A stretch of 64,000 bases of DNA from an uncultured Candidatus Micrarchaeota archaeon. GTDB lineage: Archaea > Micrarchaeota > Micrarchaeia > Anstonellales > Bilamarchaeaceae. Of this stretch, positions 45,895 through 57,800 are shown piece after piece; the first letter of the stretch is position 1, and each line of letters begins with the position of its first letter. Both the position numbers and the translations under genes were made by a program. The DNA lies in NCBI GenBank assembly GCA_963714085.1, contig OY970229.1, positions 800,001-864,000 of the forward strand. Reading direction: 5' to 3'. The notes under the pieces are model-generated. The model did not search any database and was not told where the DNA came from. It saw only the letters and a program-made list of their open reading frames with translations.

Positions 45895-48800
45895 ATGGCT
45901 AAAGGATACCGGGGCATGCTACCAATATTGCTATTTCCCCTATTCCTAAGCATACTTTCGCTCACGCAACTAGTTAACATAAGCCATATGGCCGGGCTCA
46001 ATGATGACTTCTCGAACCTCGTGCTCCAGGTCGTGAACGAGAATGGGACCACCACGGTCCCTTACACCATAGTCGGCATGCAGGATGGCCAGTGGGCCAT
46101 GGTCAATGCCACGCTGCCAGGCGCCAATGGAACGCTTGTCGCGTCCGCGTATCCTGATTACTCCTATAACGGCACTGGAGCAGGAAACCAGACCGCAAAT
46201 GCAGGGAGCGCCGCGATTGGGCAGGCCGCTTATTCTTCGGGGTACGCGTATAACGAAACGCTCTCCAATGCTAGCGCCCCGGAAAACGGCAGCGGCGTGC
46301 CGTCCGGTTATGAGAATATAAACGATTTCATGAACCAGTCGAATATCAGCGTCAATCAGACAATCAATGGCTCTTCGGGTTATGTGAATGCCGGTCCGTC
46401 CCTCAATACCACGAACGCCAGCGTGAATGGCAGCGGCGTGCCGTCCGGCTACGAGGATATCGGCGTTTTCATGAACCAGTCGAATATCACCGTCAATCAG
46501 ACGCGCAATATTTCTTCGGGATATATCGATGTCGGCGCGTTCCTCAATGCCACCAACCAAGCCGGTTCATTCGAAGCCATCAGCGCCGGAACCCACGAAC
46601 GCGGGTCGACGAAGCTCATCCAGCTCTCCTACAACGGCTCCCAAGCCGAGATGAGCGCGGACGCCTATGACATGCTAGCGGACAACGCCAGCGTAAGGCT
46701 TATCGTGGAGGGAGGAAGCGGTTTTTCGCGGTACGGGCGGAATATCAGCACCGTAGAAAACATCCCCTCGCGGGGGCTGCATGTGGTCACGGTAGACAAG
46801 CGGTCCCTTGCATTGCTGCTTCAGGCAGGGGCCAGCAAGATATATCTGGACACCCCGGTGCAGGCGCTGCTCAACGACAGCATACCGCTGATACGCGCGG
46901 ACGAGGCTGCGGAGGATTTCAACCTCTCGGGGCAGGGAATCGCCGTCTGCCTCCTGGACACCGGCGTGGACTACAACGAGTCCCAGTTCGGGGGCCAGGT
47001 CCTCCAGGGCTACGATTTGTTGGATAACGTTTCCGGCGCCATGGACGACAACGGCCACGGCACGCTCATGGCGTCCATCATCCATTCCATCGCCCCTGGA
47101 GCGACCATCGTACCAGTCAAGGTGCTGGATTCCACCGGACACGGCTATTCGTCGGACATAATACAGGGCATCGACTACTGCAGGCAGGTTGGGCAGAACG
47201 TCAGGATAATATCCATGAGCTTCGGGGGCGGGAACTTCACGGATTACTGCGACTCCGACCCGCTGGCCATGGCGGTGGAGGACGCATACGACGCGGGGAT
47301 ACTTCCGGTCGCGTCGTCGGGCAACGACGGAGGCGCGGCGATCACCCTGCCGGCCTGCGCCATGAACGCGACCGCCGTGGCCTCCACATCTGGTTCGGAT
47401 TTGATATCCTCCTTCTCCAGCATGAACGGCATGGTGGACCTCCTGGCGCCGGGCGAGGGCATAACCGCGGAAGGATTGGGCGGCCCTCAGACCCGGTCCG
47501 GCACCTCCATCAGCGCGGCGGACGTCTCCGGCGCGGCAGCCCTGCTCGTGGAAAGCAATTCGACACTGGAACCGGTCGACATAACCCGGATATTCAGGAC
47601 GACCGGCATCCCCATCTCGTATGAGGGCGTGACATACCCGCGCATCGACGTGCTCAACGCGGTGATGGACAACGCCACCGGCAATCCCGTGATTCCTCCG
47701 GTAAACGAATCCAACGGGACCGGAGTCGACAACTTCAGCATCGCAATCTGGACCAGCGCCTCTTTCGACAGGTGCATGAACATAACCATAATCAACGTCA
47801 GTAGCTCCAGCCTGGCGAATTTCCCGGCATTGATCAACGTGGCGTATAACACCGACATGCAGTCGAATTACTCCGACCTCAGGTTCTACAGCGCGGGATG
47901 CAACAATGGCGGAACACTCCTGCCCTACGAGATAGAAAACTACACTGCGGCTAACGCCATCGTTTGGGTGGGCATTCCGACCATGAACGCGGCGAACACC
48001 ACGATTTCAGTCTATTACAAGAACAACACCGCGGTGAGCTCGGGGCAGAACGCCACGGGCGTATGGGACGCCAACTTCAGAGGCGTATGGCACCTGAACC
48101 AAAATCCGGCAGGGGCCGCGCCGCAGATGAAGGACAGCACTTCCAATGGCAATAACGGAACCGCCGCAGGGCTCACTGCCGCGAATCAGGTGAGCGGGCA
48201 GATTGACGGAAGCCTGAATTTCACCGGGAGCAGCACCACGACAGTAGTGGTGCCGAACAGCACGTCTACCGATATCACCGGGAACATTCTGACCATCTCC
48301 GCGTGGATAAAGCCGGTCAACCAGACAGGAGGCAACAGCTATGTCTTCCAGAGAGGTAACAACACCGGAGTCGAGCAGTACGCCCTTGTATTCAGCCGCA
48401 CGAACACCAGTAGCGGTGCCGGCAGCATGGGCGCTGTCGTCAACAATACCATCGTCGCAAGAAGCGCCAACAACAGCATAACCATAAACAACTGGGCTTA
48501 TGTCGCATTCGTGTGCAATGGCACCGCGGTCACTGATTACCTGAACGGAGTGGTCGTGAACACGACGAATTACAATACGACCCTGACCTCGGTTTTCGAA
48601 TCCAACATCAGTTTCGGCATAAAGTGGCCGAACAGCAACGCCTACCTAGGCGGGATAGACGAGGTGGAGCTTTCCAACGCGGCCAGGAGCGCGCAGTGGA
48701 TAAACCAGAGCTACCAGATGCAGTACAACAACAGCAAGTGGATCGTCTTCGGAGCCGCGCAGACCAGGCCCACCACAGGCGTTGCTCTCAACAGCCCTGC

Positions 48801-51800
48801 GAACGGCTCCCTCCTCAACTCCACCAGCGTAAATTTCAACTGGACGTGCACCGGCAGCTCGAGTTTGTTCACGGCCAACCTCACCATTGACGGCGTGCTC
48901 AACGTGAGCGCCATCAACTCCACGAACAACACCGCGACCAACTACAGCGTCAGCGGATTGGCCCTGAGCAACCACACCTGGAGCATAACGTGCATAGACC
49001 CGAACAACAACAGCATAGCGTCCGCGACATGGAACTTCACGCTGCAGAACACCTGCCCGGTGATAAACGCGAGCGGCACCACGACCATGACCGGCAATTA
49101 CGTCGGTGCTCCCAACAACGCTTCACCCCTAGCCAACTTCACCTGTGTGAAGATAGCGGCCTCCAACGTCACCCTCAACTGCAACGGGTTCAGCATCACG
49201 AACAACGGCACCAACGGGACTACCTATGGCATCCTGCTCAACGGCTCTATCAGCAACGTCACCATAGAGAACTGTCCCGGAGTATCCAATTACACCTACG
49301 GCATCTACGTCTATAATTCCAACCACAGCAACATCTTCAACAGCACGGCATTCAACAACTCCTTTGTCGGTATGGACTTCAATTCGAGCTCCAATGACAC
49401 GATTACCAACTCCACCGGATCGGCCACCTCAGGCTTCGGATTATACCTCAATGCGACCACCAACAGCCAATTCGTCAACGTCACAGGCTCGGCCATCTCA
49501 GGCTACGGCATCTACATCCAATCAAGCGCCAACTTCACAATCACCAACTCAACCGGATCGTCCAGCTCCCAGGCCGGCATCGTCCTGGCCAACAGCTCCA
49601 ATGAGACTATCACCAACTGCATCGGAACTTCCAACTCCAGCTACGGCATCTATCTGACAATCAACTCCAACGGCACAATCACCAATTCCTCGGGGAATTC
49701 CAATACGAGCTATGGCTTCTTCCTCAACCAGAGCAACAGCAACAACCTCACGGGCGACAATGCATCTGGCAGTTTCTTCGGTTTCTACCTGGTCAACAGC
49801 AGCTCAAATCAGTTCACCAACAGCTTCGCATACAACGACACAAACGGTTTCGTCATCAATTCCAGCTCCAACAGCAATAACTTCACGAATAACAGCGCGT
49901 ATGGCAATTCCAATATCGGCTTGCTCATATACGACTCCAACCTTACAACTGTGCAGGGCATGCACTTCTACAACAACAGCCCTGACCTGGAGGTGCAGGA
50001 TGATTTCGGCTCCCAGATCGTATTGAACCTCACTAGTATGGTCTTCGACAACCGCTTGGGGAACTACCAGAATTACACCAACCTGAGCATCAACGATACC
50101 GTGAATAATAGCGAGACGTACTCGATCAAATGGACGACAAATTCATCGGCTCTGCCGTCCGGTTATTCCAGCTTTGCGCAGGAATTCGTGAATATAAGTG
50201 TGATCAGCGGCGCTCCGTCTATAAGCTCCGTCACCTGGAGCTGGCTCGCGAGCCAGCTCAGCGGCTACAACCAGAGCTGGTTCGGGTTATTCGACTATAA
50301 TGGCACCTGGCAGCTCCTGAACAACTCTCCGAATACGACGACCCAGACGCTGTCGATCACGAACCTCACAGCGAGCGGCATATACGGCATCCTGGAGCTC
50401 AACAGCACTCCCAACGTGACCTTGAAGGCCCCGGGCAACAACTCGATCTTGAATATCTCTTCCGCAAACTTCAATTTCACCGCGGTGGACAGCTTCTCTT
50501 CCGCAATGAACTGCTCTCTTTATGTCGATGGGACGCTGAAGGGGACGAACACGTCCGTCAGCAACAATACCGCCACCAACATCACCGTTGGCAGCATCGC
50601 TGACGGAAAACACACCTGGTACGTCCAATGCGAGAATGCCGTCAACAACACCGGGACTTCCGCCACCTGGAACTTCACGGTGCAGAACAACTGCCCTGTG
50701 ATAAATGCGAGCGGCACAGAGACCATGGTAACAAATTTCGTAGGCGCTCCCAACAATGCTTCGCCCCTCACCAACTTCACCTGTGTGAAGATAGCGGCCT
50801 CCAACGTCACCCTCAACTGCAACGGGTTCAGCATCACGAACAACGGCACCAACGGGACTACCTATGGCATCCTGCTCAACGGCTCTATCAGCAACGTCAC
50901 CATAGAGAACTGTCCCGGAGTATCCAATTACACCTACGGCATCTACGTCTATAATTCCAACCACAGCAACATCTTCAACAGCACGGCATTCAACAACTCC
51001 TTTGTCGGTATGGACTTCAATTCGAGCTCCAATGACACGATTACCAACTCCACCGGATCGGCCACCTCAGGCTTCGGATTATACCTCAATGCGACCACCA
51101 ACAGCCAATTCGTCAACGTCACAGGCTCGGCCATCTCAGGCTACGGCATCTACATCCAATCAAGCGCCAACTTCACAATCACCAACTCAACCGGATCGTC
51201 CAGCTCCCAGGCCGGCATCGTCCTGGCCAACAGCTCCAATGAGACTATCACCAACTGCATCGGAACTTCCAACTCCAGCTACGGCATCTATCTGACAATC
51301 AACTCCAACGGCACAATCACCAATTCCTCGGGGAATTCCAATACGAGCTATGGCTTCTTCCTCAACCAGAGCAACAGCAACAACCTCACGGGCGACAATG
51401 CATCTGGCAGTTTCTTCGGTTTCTACCTGGTCAACAGCAGCTCAAATCAGTTCACCAACAGCTTCGCATACAACGACACAAACGGTTTCGTCATCAATTC
51501 CAGCTCCAACAGCAATAACTTCACGAATAACAGCGCGTATGGCAATTCCAATATCGGCTTGCTCATATACGACTCCAACCTTACAACTGTGCAGGGCATG
51601 CACTTCTACAACAACAGCCCTGATCTGGAGGCACAAGATGACCAGGGCTCCTCGTTCATATTGAACCTCTCGAGCATGATCTTCGACAGCCCGCTGGACA
51701 ACTACCAGAATTACACCAACCTGAGCATCAATGACACCGTGAACAGTGGCGAGACATATTCTATCAAATGGACGACCACCCAGACCGCGCCTCCATACAC

Positions 51801-54800
51801 CTCGTTCGCCCAGACTTACGTGAACATAAGCACCATAGCCGGTGCGGTGTCCATAAACAGCATCGTCTGGAGCTGGATCAGCGGACAGCTCACTGGATAC
51901 AACAGCAGCCTGTTCCAGCTCTGGAACTACAACGCCACCGGCTGGACAATGCTGAACAGCACTCCTAACACCGTAGGGAACACCCTCGGCCTCTTCAACC
52001 TTGCTCCTCAGAACATATATGCCATACTCCAAGTCGCCAAATGCCCAATCATCAACTCTAGCGGTGTCTACAAACAGGGCGGGAACTACATCGGCGCTCC
52101 TAACAACGCTTCGCCGCTAACGAATTTCACCTGCGTAGAGATAGCCGCATCCAATGTCACTTTCGACTGCAACGGATTCACCATAACCAACAATGCTACT
52201 GCGGGGACGACCTACGGCATACTGGTCAATGGTTCGCTGAAAAACGTGACAGTCCAGAACTGCCCGGGGATATCGAATTACACCTACGGCATCTACGTCT
52301 ATCAGTCCAACAACAGCATTATAACCAACAGCACCGCCTACAATAACACTAATTGTGGCTTGTCCATCTACTCCGGCTCCAACAATAGCATCACCAACAG
52401 CATCGCCTACAACAATGCCCAGTACGGTTTCTGTCTCATCACCAGTTCCGGCAACAACATAACCAACAGTACCGCCTACAATAACACTAATTATGGCTTC
52501 GACGTCTCCTCCAGCTCCAACGATACCATCGCCAACAGCATCGCCTACAATAACCCTAGCAGTGGCTTCTCCATCTACTCCGGCTCCAACAATAGCATCA
52601 CTAACAACTCCGTCTACAATAACGCCTATGGTTTCCTCCTCTCCTCCACCTCCAACGATACCTTCACCAACAACACCGCCTACAGCAACCCCACTGGTTT
52701 CTACATCTACTCCAGCTCCAACAACACCTTCACCAACAACTCCGCCTACAGCAGTACGTATGGTTTCTTCCTCTCCACCAGCTCCAACAATAACATCTTA
52801 ACCAACAACTCCGCCTACAGCAGTACGTATGGTTTCTTCCTCTCCAACAGCTCCAACAGTACCATCACCAACAGCATCGCCTACAACAATACCCAGTATG
52901 GCTTCGACGTCTACTCCAGCTCCAACAACAATACCCTGATCAACAACAGCGCATACAACAACCCCAGTATCGGCTTGATGGTATACGACTCCAACCTTAC
53001 AGCGGTGCGGGGCATGCACTTCTACAACAACAGCCCTGACCTGGAGGTGCAGGATGACCAGGGCTCCTCGTTCATATTGAACCTCTCGAGCATAGTCTTC
53101 GACAACCCCTTGGGGAACTACCAGAACTACACCAACCTGAGCATCAATGACACCGTGAACAACAGCGAGACATATTCCATCAACTGGACGACCAACCAGA
53201 CCGCGCCTCCATACACCTCTTTCGCCCAGACTTACGTGAACATAAGCACCATAGCCGGTGCGGTGTCAATAGACAGCATCGTCTGGAGCTGGACCAGCGG
53301 CCAGCTCACTGGATACAACAGCAGCCTGTTCGAGCTCTGGGGTTACAACTCAAGTGGATGGACCATGCTGAACAGCACGCCGAACACCGCCGCTAATATA
53401 CTGGGCATGACCAATTTCAACCCAGGAGCTATCTACGGCATCCTCCAGTATGATGGTAACTGCCCGCTCATAAACAAAAGCCAGGTTTATACCGAAAACA
53501 CAAGTTACACAGGAGCTCCGAATGTCGTCTCCCAGCTGGGCGGCACTGCTTGCGTGGAGATAACCGCATCCAATGTCACTTTCAACTGCAATGGCTATAA
53601 CATCACGAACAAAGGCGTAGGAGGGACGACTTATGGCATCGTGCTCAATGGCTCCCTCACTAATGTCACGGTGGAGAACTGCCCCGGGGTATCCAATTAC
53701 AGCTACGGCATCTATGTCTATAAGTCCAACAACAGCGTTATAATCAACAGCACCGCTTACAACAATACCCAGTCTGGCTTCGACATATCCTCCAGCTCCA
53801 ACAACAATACCATAACCAACAGCAGCGCCTACAATAACACCTATTATGGCTTTTACCTCGAATCCAGCTTCAACAATACCATAACCAACAGCACTGCCCA
53901 CAATAACCCTAGTAGCGGCTTCGCCATGTACTCGGGCTCCAACAATACCCTTACCAACGACTCCGCCTACAATAACGCCTATGGTTTCCTCCTCGCTTAT
54001 ACCTCCAACAATACCATAGCCAACAGCAGCACCTACAATAACACCAATTATGGCTTCTACCTCGGCTTCAGCTCCAACAATACCATAGCCAACAGCACTG
54101 CCCACAATAACCCTAGCAGCTTCACCATCATCTCGAGCTCCAACAACATCTTAACCAGCAACACCGCTTACAACAATTCCCTTTATGGTTTCGACATCTA
54201 CTCCAGCTCCAACAATACCATAGCCAACAGCACTGCCTACAGCAATTCCTATTATGGCTTCTACCTCGAGTCCGGCTCCAACAACAATACCATAACCAAC
54301 AGCACTGCCTACAACGATACATTTTCTGGCTTCTACCTCGGCTCCAGCTCCAACAACAGCATCCTCATCAACAATACCGCATACAGCAACCCCAGTACCG
54401 GCTTGATGGTATACGACTCCAACCAGACCACGGTGCGGGGCATGCACTTCTACAACAACAGCCCTGACCTGGAGGTGCAGGATGATTTCGGCTCCCAGAT
54501 CGTATTGAACCTCACTAGTATGGTCTTCGACAACCGCTTGGGGAACTACCAGAATTACACCAACCTGAGCATCAACGATACCGTGAATAATAGCGAGACG
54601 TACTCGATCAAATGGACGACAAATTCATCGGCTCTGCCGTCCGGTTATTCCAGCTTTGCGCAGGAATTCGTGAATATAAGTGTGATCAGCGGCGCTCCTG
54701 TCATTGATTATACCGCATGGAGCTGGCTCGCGAGCCAGCTCGGCGGCTACAACCAGAGCTGGTTCGGGTTATTCGACTATAATGGCACCTGGCAGCTTCT

Positions 54801-57800
54801 GAACAACTCTCCGAACACGGCGGCCCAGACGCTGTCGATCACGAACCTCACATCGAGCGCCATATACGGCATCCTGGAGCTCAACAGCACCCCGAAAGTG
54901 ACCTTGAACGCCCCGGGCAACAACTCGACATTGAATTCATCTTCCGTGACCTTCAACTTCACCGCAGTGGACAATATCTCAACGACAATGAACTGCTCTA
55001 TCTACCTTGACGGAGTGTTCAATCAGACCAACACTTCAACGAGCAATAACACTGCGACGACCTTCATGATCAACAATGTAACCGATGGCAATCACACTTG
55101 GTACGTCGCATGCGAGAACGGCGCGAACAACACGGGAACGTCTGCGACCTGGAACTTCACGATGCATAATAACTGCCCGGTCGTCAGCGCGAGCGGCACT
55201 TATACCCAGAATTCGAACTACGTCGGGGCGCCCAACACCGTCGGAGGAGGCACGGCTTGCGTGGAAATCACGGCGTCCAACGTGGTCTTCAACTGCAACG
55301 GGTACAACATCACCAATAACGGGACCGGGGGCACGACCTACGGTGTCATTGTGTCCACCGGCGGGTCGCTCACCAACGTCACGGTGAAGAACTGCCCCAG
55401 CATATCGAGCTACAGCCACGGAGTCTATCTGTCCGCTGACAACAGCAGCACGATAAGCAATGTGACGGCCCATAACAATTCCCAAGACGATTTCGCCCTT
55501 CCATCTTCGACCTTGGTGACCTTCGTCTTTGACACCTCCTACGGCTCGCCATACGGCTTCCACCTGATTACCAGCACGAACAATAACTTCACGGACAACA
55601 CCGCCCACGATGCCTCGACAGCCGCCTTCTTCCTGGATGGCGACGGTTCCAACTACAACAATTTCACCAGCAACAGCGTTTATAATTCAGCGGACGGCTT
55701 CTACTTATTAGGCGGTTATGCAGGCAGCTCCGATAACAACTTCATCAACGACAGCGCCTACAACAACTCGCGGGCGGGCTTCGATTTTTATACCGCCGCC
55801 TTCAACAATCTGACGGGCAATAACGCCTCGGGCAACGCGTACGGCTTCAGGCTGGCCTACAGCCCCGGAAACCAGCTCGCGAACAACACCGCGTCTTACG
55901 ACGCATATGGTTTCGTCATCAATACCAGCTCCGAGGAGAACATCCTCACCAACGACAGCGCATACGGCAATTCCATCGCCGGCTTGCTGGTGAACAACTC
56001 CGGCCCGACACTGACGGCGGTGGGCATGCACTTCTTCAACAACAGCCTTGACCTGATGGCGCAGGCTGCTAGCGTATTGAATTTCACCGGCATCGTATTC
56101 GACAATCCACTGGGGAACTACCAGAATTACACCAACCTGAGCATCAACGACAGCGTGGACAGCGGCGAAGCATATTCCATCAACTGGTCCATGAACACCT
56201 CGACCCTGCCAACCGGTTACATCAGCTTCGCGCAGGAGTTCGTGAACATAACCATGACCAGCGGCAGTCCATCCATAGACTCCGTCACCTGGAGCTGGAT
56301 CGCGAGCCAGCTCAGCGGCTACAACCAGAGTTGGTTCGGGCTATTCGACTATAACGGGACCTGGCAGCTCCTGAACAACTCTCCGAATACGACGACCCAG
56401 ACGCTGTCGATCACGAACCTCACAGCGAGCGGCATATACGGCATCCTGGAGCTCAACAGCACTCCCAACGTGACCTTGAACGCCCCGGGCAACAACTCGA
56501 TTTCAAGCACCTCTTCTGTAACGTTCAACTTCACCGCGGTGGACAATATCTCGACTACGATGAACTGCTCCATCTACCTCGATGGGGTGTTCAACCAGAC
56601 CAATACCTCGACGGGCAATAACACTGCCACGACTTTCACAATCAATGGCATAAGCGATGGTAAGCACACCTGGTACGTCCAATGCGAGAATGCCGCCAAC
56701 AATACCGGGACTTCCGCCATCTGGAACTTCACTGTGCAGAGCAACTGCCCGGTGGTAACCACGTCCGGGACATACACCCAATCTACCAATTACATAGGAG
56801 CGCCGAACAATGCCACTCCACTCAACAATTTCACCTGCGTGAAGATAGCCGCATCCAACGTCATTTTCAACTGCAACAGATTCAATATCACGAACAATGG
56901 CACCAACGGAACGACCTACGGCATGCTCGTCAACGGCTCCCTGAAGAACGTGACGATAGTGAACTGCCCGGGCGTATCAGGCTATACCACCGGCATCTAC
57001 GTCTACCAGTCGAACAGCACCAACATCACGAACGACGGCGCCTACAACAACACCTACGGCATCCAGCTCACAGGCTCGTCGGGCGTGAACATCTCCCTGA
57101 GCAATTTCACGAACAACTCCAACACCGGGCTGGCCATAGATAGCCTGAGCGGCTCCAACACCTTCGCTTCCGACAGGTTCTGCTTCAACAATGTGAGCGA
57201 CATCAACAACAGCGGCTCCTCCAACAGCGGCTCGTTGGATGCTTGCGGTTACTGGAGCAACTGGAACGAAAACAGTCATGCTGGCTGCGCCTACAGCTGC
57301 TCGCTGGTGTGGCAGGAATTCTTCGGCAACATCACCGGGAAGCAGTTCCTGGCCCCGAACCACAGCCAGATTTTCTATTCATGGATATGGAATGGTACGA
57401 GCGGTATGATCTTCGCCTTCAACAGCGGCGTCAGCATCAACTGGGCGAACATCACCGCCCTAGGCAAGAACACCACCGGGGGAAGCTCGACCACCGACTT
57501 CACGACTCTTGATACGCTGCTCAGCATGAACGGAAGCCCTGACAACATCACGGGTCTCTACAGCAACGGAAGCGCTCCGAAGGCGACCGCCAACATGACG
57601 ATATATGGCAGGCCCGTGACGTACGTGCCGCTCGCGAACTCATCCTCGGCGTCCTCGAATTCCAGCTCGACGACGGGTATCCTGTGGGACGATTCCACCA
57701 ATACCGGAGGCCATTTCGCCAGCGGGAGCAACGTCGTCTTCGTGACCCAGGTGAACCAGACCAGCTCCAGCCAGTATGACATCAGGGTCCCGAGCGGCCT

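Noticed and set aside
52300..54420. CRISPR-like or DGR-like periodic repeats
   Set aside because: Degenerate in-frame ~66-69-nt repeats encoding beta-helix rungs; no constant repeat/spacer pattern, no cas or reverse transcriptase gene, no adenine-specific mismatch pattern noticed
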